Below are positions 46,934-55,633 of a stretch of 64,000 nt of DNA, piece after piece. Numbering within the stretch: position 1 is the stretch's first letter; every line of letters starts with the position of its first letter. A model generated the notes under the pieces. The model worked only from the letters and a program-made list of their open reading frames with translations. It had not been told where the DNA came from and made no database searches. Made by a program: the position numbers and the translations under genes. This DNA is from Gemmatimonas aurantiaca. GTDB taxonomy: Bacteria > Gemmatimonadota > Gemmatimonadetes > Gemmatimonadales > Gemmatimonadaceae. The stretch spans positions 10,338 through 74,337 of the forward strand of contig JBIQMO010000002.1 of NCBI GenBank assembly GCA_044463245.1, in the 5' to 3' direction.

Positions 46934-48136
46934 TTGCTTGCCAAGGAGATTGACGATATGCAAGAGCTTCGCCTTCCGGCGCAGCAGTTCCGCGCCATGC
47001 CAGCGCCCAACGGTAAGTCCCGTGTGGGCCTTTTTTACGTTCCAGTTGCTCAGGTACCCGCTGACCTGGCCAATTGGCGGGACGTAAATCCGCGCGAAGT
47101 GAACTCCCGGAGTTCCACGTACAAGTCCATCGTGGAGACGCTGACGGACGAACCGGAACGGTTTCACGAACGCAACCGTGGGATTACTGTCGTCGCCCAG
47201 GAGTTCGCCTACGACGACAAGAGGAAAGAGGTGGTGCTAGGACTTTCCGACAAGTCTCAGCACGGTGTGGTGGACGGATCACACACTCTGCACGCCATCC
47301 TCGCGACTCAGGCGTCACTGCCTGAGAGTGGCTGGCCCGCCCATGTGTTCGTGATTGCGAAGACTGGCATCGATCCGGAACAGATCGCGGAAGTCGCGGG
47401 TGGACTCAACACTAGCCAGCAGGTTGACCTGAAGAGCCTGGAGAACCTCCGGGATCACTTCGCCACCTTGCAGAAGGTGATTGCAGACCAGCCGTACGCG
47501 GACAAGATCGCGTACAAGATGAACGAGGCGAAACCTATCGATGTCCGCGAGGTGTTGTACTACCTGGCCGTGTTCGATGCTGAGGCGTACAACGGCAATC
47601 GACATCCCGTCGCGCTGTTCGGTCGCAAGGAAGGTATTGTTCGCGAGTTCGCCCGCCAGGCGGATGGTACGTCCTCGTCGAAGTCCTTCAAGATTCTTAC
47701 GTCCCGGACAGCGGACATCCTTCGTCTGCGCGACTTGATAGAGAAGAAGGCATTGGCCCTCAATGTCGGTCGGTACAAGGCAGGCAAGAAGGCACGCGTT
47801 CGCAGCGAGAGTAACCGCGAGAGCATGCTGTACTTCATCGATGAAAAGGTGAATGGCAAGATCCCTCTGGGGTGGATCATGCCGATGCTAGCGGCCTTCA
47901 GGGCAAACGTCGAGTGGAACAAGCCCAGGGGAACGTTCTCCTGGTCCGTGCCCACCGACGAGCTTCTGGAGCGCTCGATCGAACGCCTCGTAGCGGGGAT
48001 ACTGGAAGTTCATGACCAGGAGAACAGCCGCCCAGAGTTCGTAGGCCGGAATTCGATCGCGTGGCGTATGAGTTACGCTACTGTGTCGCAAGCCATCCTG
48101 GAGATGCAGCTGAGTAAGGAGCGTAGGCGCCACTAG
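46934..48136 (+). CDS. AIPR-like (abortive infection phage resistance family) protein
   Basis: FHERNRGITVVA ... HGVVDGSHTLHAI resembles the NNGIT / NGxQT core I recall for Pfam AIPR. 400 aa, TTG start, low-GC gene. Confidence 0.5.
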   Translation: MLAKEIDDMQELRLPAQQFRAMPAPNGKSRVGLFYVPVAQVPADLANWRDVNPREVNSRSSTYKSIVETLTDEPERFHERNRGITVVAQEFAYDDKRKEVVLGLSDKSQHGVVDGSHTLHAILATQASLPESGWPAHVFVIAKTGIDPEQIAEVAGGLNTSQQVDLKSLENLRDHFATLQKVIADQPYADKIAYKMNEAKPIDVREVLYYLAVFDAEAYNGNRHPVALFGRKEGIVREFARQADGTSSSKSFKILTSRTADILRLRDLIEKKALALNVGRYKAGKKARVRSESNRESMLYFIDEKVNGKIPLGWIMPMLAAFRANVEWNKPRGTFSWSVPTDELLERSIERLVAGILEVHDQENSRPEFVGRNSIAWRMSYATVSQAILEMQLSKERRRH

Positions 48137-48323
48137 TAGTGGTCGGTGTGAGGAGCGGCGCTAGCCTAATCGGCGCTGGCGCCGCTTCTGCACCTATGAA
48201 TTCGCGAGCGTGGTGGGCCGCATCCTGGCCGGGGCAATTCTCCTCGTCCGCTCCCTCAAATACCATCGCGTGCGCAACGCCAGGACTGACCTACTGGCCG
48301 AGGGTCAATCGCTCATCCGCGCC

Positions 48324-48653
48324 TTACCCATGCTTCGAGGTTTCAACAATCACGGGAGTCGGTGGCGGATATACGTAACCATCACCCGTGGTTGAGGTGA
48401 CGGCGAAGGTGAGATACACAGTGCGTGGGAGCAGATAGGTCTCGAGCTGATCCCTGAATCCCCGGAGTGTGATCTCGCCAGCCATAACCGTCGCTGCGTG
48501 AATCGTTGGCAACTCCACGCGAGCGTCGGCTCCTTCGCCGGACTTGATATCCAGCAGCACGCCGACCAGAGGGCGTGCACGGTTAGCATTCCGTCCGGTG
48601 ATCTGTAGCCGGACCGGCTGGCCGCGTGCGATCGAGTTAGATGCGAAACTCAC
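48324..48653 (-). CDS. Hypothetical protein
   Basis: 109-aa ORF with beta-rich composition, directly abutting the permease relic junction. Confidence 0.35.
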   Translation of the reverse strand: MSFASNSIARGQPVRLQITGRNANRARPLVGVLLDIKSGEGADARVELPTIHAATVMAGEITLRGFRDQLETYLLPRTVYLTFAVTSTTGDGYVYPPPTPVIVETSKHG

Positions 48654-48700
48654 GGAAGGTACGTCGATCAGTTCGTCGGACTTACCTTCTGCCTTGATTC

Positions 48701-49430
48701 CTACACCGTCCGGATACCAATCTCGCGCGTCCGACGCGCCACGCTCGCGGCGGTGACACTGAAGACCCCGACGACGGCCAGGACCACACCGAAGGCAGCG
48801 CCGACGCTCAGGAGGAACGCCACCGTTCGCAGCGGGTCAAGCGACTCATCCACGACATCCTCGACGGTGCGGATGGAGTACGCCGGCACGGTCGGGTCGA
48901 CGCTAGCTACAGCCTGCCGGACAGCCTGAACGAACTGGCCGTTGCGCACCGGACTACGAACGACGAAAGCGCATCGAGCGCGGCGGGTCGATGTACGTCG
49001 GCAGGTAGAACTGCCGAGCCACTCCCGCGAACCGTCGAGGGGGCGGCCGCGCACCGTGCGAACGACGCCGATGATCGTATACGCGCTGTCCCACGTCCGT
49101 CACCTTGATCTGCTGTCCCACGGCATCTTCTACCCGGCCGAGTCGGCGTGCCAGTTTCTCGTCCACGACCATCACCGGAGCTCCGTTCGCCACATCCGCC
49201 TCAGTGAAGCTGCGTCCGGCGAGTACCGGGATGCGAAGCGCATTGAAGTAGCCGGGGGATATCGCGAAGAACTGGGCGATCGGTGGGTTCGCCTGATTCG
49301 ACTGCTTCGGCCTGCCGACCACGTCGAACGTGAGCCCCGTTTGAGAGTGCGTGCGGTGGCGGTGCGTGCCAATCGCTCCGCGCTCGAACCCTGAGTTCTC
49401 ACTCCACGACGCAGCGACAATTGGGGCGCT
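48701..49430 (-). pseudogene. Relic of a MacB/FtsX-type (ADOP-like) ABC permease, frameshifted and truncated
   Basis: The MacB periplasmic-domain-like segment FFAISPGYFNALRIPVLAGRSFTEAD is in one frame. FLLSVGAAFGVVLAVVGVFSVTAASVARRTREIGIR is in another frame and ends abruptly at 48701, where FtsX domains normally continue with two more TM helices. Confidence 0.7.
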
Positions 49431-49517
49431 CTGTGCGCAGGAACGATCGTCGACAGCGCTGTGCATCCCCTCACGTTCGCTGTTGGGGAGTCGTGCATCA
49501 CGCTCGCCACCGGCCGG

Positions 49518-49567
49518 AGTGGAATCTTTCGCTGGCTTCGTTCCCGGCCGGCTCAAACAATACACCC
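49518..49567 (+). repeat. Direct repeat S2 (partner S1 at 46698-46745)
   Basis: See S1. It ends 20 nt before the integrase stop codon. Confidence 0.8.
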
Positions 49568-49586
49568 GTGTTCTACGAGAGTAGAC

Positions 49587-50531
49587 TTATGCAGCGGTCC
49601 CCACACGCTCGCGGCGATATACCAACGTCTGATCGACGCTCGCGTGGCGCATGTGGGCCATGACATCGATCGCCGGCACACCTGCCTCGAGAGCCGTGGT
49701 AGCGTAGGTGGCTCGCAGTGAGTGGCCAGAGAAGAGCTCTGGCTCGCATCCGGCACGCACTGCAGCAGCGCGGACGATATCGTCCACCGCGTCGGCGCTG
49801 AGGCTCGGGCGAAGCGTCCTGCCGCCCTTGTGAAGCCCGCGGAACACCGGCCCCTCCTTGATGTTCGCTGACTCGAGCCAGGCCGTCAGCAGGGTGGCTG
49901 GATTGATTCTCGGCGCCCAGGGGGCCACTCGCGCCACCTGCCACACGCCGATCCCGGTCTTATCGGCCTTCGAGCGCCGCACTAGCGCGCGCACGCTATC
50001 ACTGCCGATTCGCAGGTCTTCCACCATCAGTCCCACTACCTCGCTCTCGCGGAAAGCGCCGGCGAAGAGAAGGGAGAGCAGGGCTGCGTCACGCAGCCCT
50101 GCAAGCGTGTTCAGCGGGAGAGTGAGAATGGCGCGCGTGAGCTGCTCGCTGGTGAAGGCCTCGGCCTGGCGCTGGCCGCGTCCCACCGCCACGAGACGAC
50201 CGGCGCCGGCGGCGGTGTCCGCGGTCGCACTGTCTTCGAACGGGTCGATGCCAACCTCGCGGCGGAGCAGGCGCTTCACCGCGGCGCGGCGGACGGCGAG
50301 GGTCGCGCGTGCACACCCGGTGCCGATGTGGGCGGCGAGAAAGTCACGCACGACCTCACGCGCGCTGTCCTGATCACCCGGCAAGGGATCCCGACTGCCG
50401 GCAGCACACCAGTCAAGGTAGGCTCGCTCGGCGATGCCATACGCGCGCTTGGTGTTCGCTGCGAGCGCGGCGTCTGCAGCGTCTTGCGCGCTGGTAGTTG
50501 GAGTTGTAGGGAGGCTGATGCGCCGACTCAT
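49587..50531 (-). CDS. Tyrosine recombinase / phage-type integrase
   Basis: Catalytic C-terminal region AGAFRESEV (Arg), HSLRATYATTA (HxxR), MAHMRHAS and TLVYRRE (Tyr). 314 aa. Confidence 0.9.
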   Translation of the reverse strand: MSRRISLPTTPTTSAQDAADAALAANTKRAYGIAERAYLDWCAAGSRDPLPGDQDSAREVVRDFLAAHIGTGCARATLAVRRAAVKRLLRREVGIDPFEDSATADTAAGAGRLVAVGRGQRQAEAFTSEQLTRAILTLPLNTLAGLRDAALLSLLFAGAFRESEVVGLMVEDLRIGSDSVRALVRRSKADKTGIGVWQVARVAPWAPRINPATLLTAWLESANIKEGPVFRGLHKGGRTLRPSLSADAVDDIVRAAAVRAGCEPELFSGHSLRATYATTALEAGVPAIDVMAHMRHASVDQTLVYRRERVGTAA

Positions 50532-50669
50532 GGATTAGACCAGTGAAGGGGAGTTATCAGGAGTGATTACTAAGAGAGTACGGGGCAGCGAGCGTAGGGC
50601 CGACTACACGGGCTTCGACGGCGTGGAGTGGCTTAGGGTGCGATGGCGCGGCCGAGGGTACGCACCCTT

Positions 50670-50689
50670 CCCGGGATCCCTGTCGGGGG
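50670..50689 (+). repeat. GGGATCCCTGTCGGGG-family repeat copy (left arm of an 18-bp inverted pair)
   Basis: CCCGGGATCCCTGTCGGGGG. It is followed by CGACAG, which gives a local CTGTCG-GGGG-CGACAG hairpin. Confidence 0.9.
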
Positions 50690-51057
50690 CGACAGCGGAG
50701 CGAGGGCTACGGCGTCGGCCATGGCGCAGCGCACGCGATCGTGTGGTGTGCGTGGTGAGCGATTACCTTCCTCTTTCGGCAGTTGTTCGGGTGTCCACCA
50801 CGCCGAAGTCGATGGTACCGGCTACAGCAATCCCATGCGTCGCACCCGCTCAGTGCGTTCGCGCGCTCCGAGTGTGCGTGCGTCTGTCGGGGTCGCTTGA
50901 GGGTGCGGCTCGAAGATCGGCTCGATCTGGGGAATCGTTCGAGCCACGGTGTGGCGCTGGGCGGGAAGGTGCCGGAGGGCCGGCTGGTCGCTCGTGCTCT
51001 GGCAAGGTGTCAGAAAGTCGGTGGAGACTGGGGCGGATGGGGGTGTCGGGGTGGCTA

Positions 51058-51076
51058 CCCGACAGGGATCCCGGGG
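51058..51076 (-). repeat. GGGATCCCTGTCGGGG-family repeat copy (right arm of the inverted pair)
   Basis: CCCGACAGGGATCCCGGGG, preceded by GCTACC. It lies about 50 nt upstream of the methylase ATG. Confidence 0.9.
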
Positions 51077-51124
51077 CTGTGTGTGTGGCCGGGTACGCTA
51101 AGCGCGTTATCTTCCGGAGTGAAA

Positions 51125-52162
51125 ATGAGCGATTCGTATACCCATCCATCGCAGCTTCTGAACGCGCATCCCAAGGGGGTGCGGTGCGTCCACACAACGG
51201 AGCTCGGCGCCATCTATCAAGGCGACTGCCTGGCGTGGCTGCGCGCGCTTCCCGACGACTCCGTGGACCTGGTTTTCGCCGATCCGCCGTTCAACTTGAA
51301 CAAGGACTACGGGAAGGGCGTGTCGGACAAGATGAAGGACGACGAGTACCTCGCCTGGTCCTTCGGATGGCTGGACGAGTGCGTGCGAATTCTCGCTCCG
51401 GGCGGCGCGCTGATGGTATTCAATCTGCCGCGGTGGTGCATTGACTACGGAGCGCACTTGGGCGGCGCCGGACTGCTCTTCCGCCACTGGATCGCGTGCC
51501 GGATGCCCAAGAGCATGCCGATCCCGAAGCGCATGTCGCCGTCGCATTATGGGCTTCTGTACTACACGAAGGGCAAGCCGAAGACGTTCAACGTCGTGCG
51601 GCACCCCGTGCAGACGTGCCGCCATTGTGGTGGCGAGGTAAAGGACTACGGCGGGCACCGCGACAAGCTCAACCCTGCAGGGCTGAGGTTGCAGGACGTC
51701 TTCGACGCGCCAGACGAAGTGTGGGAGGACGCGCCGGACGCCCTGCCGCCCGGTGAAGCGTGGTCCAGACTCGACGAGATCTGGGACGACGTCCCGCCAG
51801 TGCGTCACGCACGATACAAGCACCGCGACGCTAACGCCCTCGCGCCGATCCTGCTGGAGCGCTGTATCGCTATGACGACCAACCCTGGCGACCTCGTACT
51901 TGATCCGTTCTGCGGCACCGGCACGACCGCCTACGCGGCGGAGCTGCTCGAGCGGCGCTGGCTCACAATCGAGCTAGGAGATACGACGCCGGCAATACAG
52001 CGTCTCACCGATTACGCCAACGGGGATCACCCCAAGTGGGAGACGGCGCGCGGCAAGGCGCGGGTGAACGGGGCGTCGCTGGATAGGCGCAAGCGGAAGA
52101 ACGGCCGGCGGGCCACCGATATCGAGCCAGAGCTGCCACTCGGAATCGAGGGGCGTGCATAG
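51125..52162 (+). CDS. Beta-class amino (N4-C/N6-A) DNA methyltransferase, M.BamHI-like
   Basis: [10 protein letters not shown] (motif IV) near the N-terminus and [10 protein letters not shown] (motif I) near the C-terminus. Convergent partner of a BamHI-like endonuclease. ATG 51125 is residue 115 of the ORF-track ORF. Confidence 0.85.
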   Translation: MSDSYTHPSQLLNAHPKGVRCVHTTELGAIYQGDCLAWLRALPDDSVDLVFADPPFNLNKDYGKGVSDKMKDDEYLAWSFGWLDECVRILAPGGALMVFNLPRWCIDYGAHLGGAGLLFRHWIACRMPKSMPIPKRMSPSHYGLLYYTKGKPKTFNVVRHPVQTCRHCGGEVKDYGGHRDKLNPAGLRLQDVFDAPDEVWEDAPDALPPGEAWSRLDEIWDDVPPVRHARYKHRDANALAPILLERCIAMTTNPGDLVLDPFCGTGTTAYAAELLERRWLTIELGDTTPAIQRLTDYANGDHPKWETARGKARVNGASLDRRKRKNGRRATDIEPELPLGIEGRA

Positions 52163-52180
52163 GCGCAGACGCGCGCTAGG

Positions 52181-52792
52181 CTATCTCAGCGCGCGTCCGT
52201 CCGTGCCCTTCTTGATCCGCGGGACATCCATGCTGGTGTCGTCGTGCTCCACTACGAAAAGGCCGAGCACACCCTCCGCATCGACCGCACCGCGCCAGAA
52301 CGGGAGGAAGGGCGTGATCTCCTCGAAGTTGCCGACGCGATCGGTGAGGTAGCGATACAGGGCCCTCGTGGGTAGGATGACCGCGCCACCGGCCAGCCGC
52401 CCCTCTTTCATACCGAGGGAGATTTTGTTCAGCGAGCGATGCGTACTCGAGACGTTGCCAGTCTCCCACTCCAACGCGAAATAAGTGCTGCCGATTCCGT
52501 CCACCGTGATCGGCCGTAGCGCGTCGATCGGCCCCGTGCCCTTGCCGTAGCCGATTTTGTACCGCGCTTCAAGCTGCCAGCCGTACAGGTCTCGGAGTGT
52601 GGCCATGCAGGCCTGCTTGATCGGCACCACCCCATTCGCTTTAGGTTCAGGATAGATCGCGAACCTATCGTTACCCGGCGGCCACACCACGCGCGAGATG
52701 GCGTCCGCGATCTCGCCATACATGTCCTTCCACAAGTCGGACTCGGATAGCGCGCCCCTGCATATCAGTAGTTCCACGTGTACGAGTTTCAT
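52181..52792 (-). CDS. Type II restriction endonuclease, BamHI family
   Basis: 203 aa. NGVVPIK, GPIDAL, FALEWETGNVSSTHRSLNKISLGMK, YRYLTDRVGNFEEITPF and IKKGTDG run colinear with BamHI as I recall it (NGVVPIK, GPIDV, GMEFETGNISSAHRSMNKLLLGLK, YYLTDRVTNFEELEPYF, IPKGSDG). The catalytic Asp and Glu-x-Glu positions are kept. Confidence 0.87.
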   Translation of the reverse strand: MKLVHVELLICRGALSESDLWKDMYGEIADAISRVVWPPGNDRFAIYPEPKANGVVPIKQACMATLRDLYGWQLEARYKIGYGKGTGPIDALRPITVDGIGSTYFALEWETGNVSSTHRSLNKISLGMKEGRLAGGAVILPTRALYRYLTDRVGNFEEITPFLPFWRGAVDAEGVLGLFVVEHDDTSMDVPRIKKGTDGRALR

Positions 52793-52837
52793 GGGGCGAT
52801 GATGACATCAGGCGATCTCATCCGGAAGCCCACCCAC

Positions 52838-52851
52838 GGGATCCCTGTCGG
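52838..52851 (+). repeat. GGGATCCCTGTCGG repeat copy
   Basis: Lies in the spacer between the endonuclease start and the next gene. Shares an extended ~55-nt context with the 56972 copy. Confidence 0.85.
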
Positions 52852-52950
52852 TGGGACGTGGCACGGCAGAACGGCGTCAGAGATAGGGGAAGGCACCAGC
52901 GGAGACGGGAGGGAGAGTGACCGGAGCAAGCGCCAACCCGTCTCGCATGT

Positions 52951-53415
52951 ATGGAGCATCTTCGAGAGTTCTTTCGTCGGCACACGACGTTCACGGTTCG
53001 CGCGGCGCTCATCGCAATCGCGGTAGCCATCTTCGGTTGGCCGTACCTGCCGAGAGGATCCGCGCGAGAGAGGCTTGCAGGAACGGCGTGGATCCAGTTC
53101 CCCATTCCGATGGTCGCGGAGAAGCTGGTTTTGCGCAGCGATGGAACCGCCGAACACTCCTACCGTGAGCTCGAAGGGCAGGAGCGCTACCGCGCCCAGT
53201 CTGGGCTATGGTACCTCGCTCGTGGGGACAGTGTGCTCTGCTTTCAGCCCGTCTCCGACAGCGCCCTTCCAGACGGACTGGCGAAGTGTCGCGCATTTTG
53301 GTTCGATTCAGACGACAACGAAGAAGCGATGCACTGGGGGATCGGCGATACGTTGTCGTACATGGGCTTCGAGCGCGACTCCTACCGGGAGCACCGGGAT
53401 ACGACGGTGTACTGA
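52951..53415 (+). CDS. Hypothetical membrane-anchored protein
   Basis: 154 aa with an N-terminal hydrophobic segment AALIAIAVAIFGWPYL. Confidence 0.42.
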   Translation: MEHLREFFRRHTTFTVRAALIAIAVAIFGWPYLPRGSARERLAGTAWIQFPIPMVAEKLVLRSDGTAEHSYRELEGQERYRAQSGLWYLARGDSVLCFQPVSDSALPDGLAKCRAFWFDSDDNEEAMHWGIGDTLSYMGFERDSYREHRDTTVY

Positions 53416-53450
53416 GCGCGTTTCGCGCCCGATCCTCGTCATCTAACCTC

Positions 53451-53882
53451 ATGAATAAACCAGACCCGGGACCCGGTGGATGGGGGAGAGATTGGCGTGA
53501 CGCCAAGCCTCCGGAGAAGGACCCTCAGCTAGCCCGTATGGACGGCGCTTTGGGCGCAGGCTGCGTGATGATCGCGCTCGGGTTGCTTGCGACGTGCGGC
53601 ACACTGGTGTCGTCCGGATCCGGAGACAGCGCATCGCCGGAAGGTGCTCTAGCAGGCCTCATTTTCCTGGGAGGCGGCTTCCTGGCGTGGCGCTGGGCCG
53701 ACCGTATCGCCAAGCAGAGAGCTCGTGAGGAGCAAGCGGGTCGGCAGGCCGCGTTGGACGCGATTGACGGAGAAACGGAGGCCAGGCTGAAGCAGGTACG
53801 CGAGAGGGATTACCCACCGCGGCCATTCCCCTACAGGGCCCCTCAGCGACCGGAATCCAAACCGCCGTCCGAATCGGAATGA
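53451..53882 (+). CDS. Hypothetical membrane protein
   Basis: 143 aa from ATG 53451. Two hydrophobic segments (GAGCVMIALGLLATCG and LAGLIFLGGGFLAW) followed by a charged tail. Confidence 0.42.
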   Translation: MNKPDPGPGGWGRDWRDAKPPEKDPQLARMDGALGAGCVMIALGLLATCGTLVSSGSGDSASPEGALAGLIFLGGGFLAWRWADRIAKQRAREEQAGRQAALDAIDGETEARLKQVRERDYPPRPFPYRAPQRPESKPPSESE

Positions 53883-53937
53883 CGTTCCGCTGACGCGCCC
53901 CGGTATTGTGCGCCTCCGCCCTAACAGAGAGGATCAC

Positions 53938-54213
53938 ATGCCGAAGCCAGCACGCGCGCCGATCGTCGGTGAATCCGTCCATTTTTATGAGCACCGGCTC
54001 TCCGGCGAGTTCGGCCCGCTGGCAGCGCTCGTCACCTACGTTTCGCCAAGTGAGTGGCGCGTCAACCACGAAGGTTCGGTGCACCTCGCAGTGATAGGCG
54101 AGGCCACGGTGCGGCATATACCTGACGTGCCGTTCGACGATGGCGGTGCGTACGCCGGATGTTGGTGGCGGTGGCCCGAGGCGGTGGAGCGCGTCCACCA
54201 GAGCGGGTTGTAG
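53938..54213 (+). CDS. Hypothetical small protein
   Basis: 91 aa from ATG 53938, with AGAGGA upstream. Confidence 0.38.
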   Translation: MPKPARAPIVGESVHFYEHRLSGEFGPLAALVTYVSPSEWRVNHEGSVHLAVIGEATVRHIPDVPFDDGGAYAGCWWRWPEAVERVHQSGL

Positions 54214-54313
54214 CTCGGGATCTCTTTCGGCGAGCAGGGTCGGGCATGTCGTGCGGGCAGACAGGCGCAACACCCTTGCAGCCGGTACAGTGTCGGATGT
54301 GACACACTCAACG

Positions 54314-54832
54314 ATGCGGTCGCGACCGAGACGCCGGGATTCCGGCCGTCGTGCGTGTGAAGTATGCGGCCGCGACGGCGCACGAGTGAGTGCGGAGCTC
54401 GCGGGTTGGGCGCGTGTGCTTTGCACGTACCACGCATGGGAGCTCGCGACCCACCCCGGCAGTCGGACCGGGTGGACGGCCTGGGCGAGAGGGCGGTACA
54501 TAGCGCTGCTCAACTCCGGCCACCGCGAGCTGTCCGCGATTATCGATTGCGCCGCGACAGGGAGCGCGTGCCCGCCCTCGGTCATGTGCGCGGTGCTTCG
54601 CTGCATTCCGCCGCAGTGGTTAGAGGCGGCCACCCCCGGCGAGGTAGAAATCAACCGCCTCGAGGCGATGTGGCTGGTCGAGGGGCCGCGGTTGTACGCG
54701 CTTCGGCACTTGGCAACGCGAGAGTCGCTGTCCAAGTGCTCGATGGGCGACCTCGAACCATCCCTGCGTTCTGCGAGCCCGCTAGTGCGCGAGGCGGCTC
54801 TCCGAGCGTTGGCGCTGCTACCACGGGCGTAG
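54314..54832 (+). CDS. Hypothetical protein with N-terminal Cys/His cluster
   Basis: About 172 aa with ACEVCGRDG...LCTYHAW. Start uncertain. The stop TAG lies inside the conserved CGTAGTCT that precedes the next repeat. Confidence 0.38.
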   Translation: MRSRPRRRDSGRRACEVCGRDGARVSAELAGWARVLCTYHAWELATHPGSRTGWTAWARGRYIALLNSGHRELSAIIDCAATGSACPPSVMCAVLRCIPPQWLEAATPGEVEINRLEAMWLVEGPRLYALRHLATRESLSKCSMGDLEPSLRSASPLVREAALRALALLPRA

Positions 54833-54845
54833 TCTGGTGTGCCCG

Positions 54846-54864
54846 CCCGGGATCCCTGTCGGGG
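54846..54864 (+). repeat. GGGATCCCTGTCGGGG repeat copy
   Basis: CCCGGGATCCCTGTCGGGG, 14 nt after the stop at 54832, between convergent ORFs. Confidence 0.9.
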
Positions 54865-54883
54865 AGGGACCGGCCGAAACGGA

Positions 54884-55633
54884 CTAGGGGCAGCCCGAAA
54901 CGTCGCATCCGGAGCCGACCCTACTTCGAGCTACCAGGCAACCTCGAGGTCGCAGGTGCGCGAGAGGATCATGTGAGTGCTCATGCTTGAAGTATAGCGC
55001 GTTATGCTGCGTCGTCGAGCATATTCGCGTCCTCGTCGGCGTCCTCAGTACGCCGAGCGATGAGTCGTCCATCAGGCACTCGGGCGGGGCACACACGTCG
55101 TCACCGAGGTCGCATCCCAGGTCGACCGTATCGGTATCCCGCGCTGCCCAGTGACGCGGCACCCGGTTGACCTTACCGCCGACAGGGGAACCCGTGGGAG
55201 CGAAGTGTGCGGCCCCTGTGCTCTCACGACGAACTGCGTGCATTCTTCGTGTTGAGTACCGCGCCAGGGTCGGTATTGCTGTCGTCCTGAGTCTTCCGGC
55301 CGACGGCAGAGCGATGACGGCTACGGCCACGCGCACTCGAGTCGGGTGGAAGCCCGATGCACACCAATCGAGCGCCGAGTCGGAAGGTGGTGGATGCGGA
55401 AGGTGGACACGCTCTGCAGCCACTTCGACCGGGGGGAAGAGCCGGATCGACTCGATGAGGTCTGCGATAGCGCCTCGGACGTCGGCGACGCGCTCACGTA
55501 GCAGCGCCACCCGTGGGAGCGAGCTCCGATTTTCGCTAACGTGCCGGCCGATAGCACAGGTCAGAAGCCGCCTTGAGCGGCGAGACTCGCGCGCCTGTGT
55601 GGCGAAGGAGAAGGGACGACTGGCGCATCGCAT
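54884..55633 (-). CDS. Hypothetical protein (weak call)
   Basis: A frame with GC-rich third positions over at least part of its length (for example VALLRERVADVRGAIADLIESIR). However, it contains a degenerate repeat copy at 55179-55198, so coding status is doubtful. Confidence 0.28.
   Translation of the reverse strand: MRCASRPFSFATQARESRRSRRLLTCAIGRHVSENRSSLPRVALLRERVADVRGAIADLIESIRLFPPVEVAAERVHLPHPPPSDSALDWCASGFHPTRVRVAVAVIALPSAGRLRTTAIPTLARYSTRRMHAVRRESTGAAHFAPTGSPVGGKVNRVPRHWAARDTDTVDLGCDLGDDVCAPPECLMDDSSLGVLRTPTRTRICSTTQHNALYFKHEHSHDPLAHLRPRGCLVARSRVGSGCDVSGCP

Noticed and set aside
50563-51444. Plus-strand ORFs spanning the integrase-methylase spacer (50563-51444, 50643-50900)
   Set aside because: They are Arg/Gly-rich, cross both inverted repeat arms and run out of frame into the methylase gene. 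No motifs.
52163-52950. A controller (C) protein gene for the R-M system
   Set aside because: There is no small HTH-type ORF upstream of either gene. The only conserved elements there are the GGGATCCCTGTCGG repeat copies.
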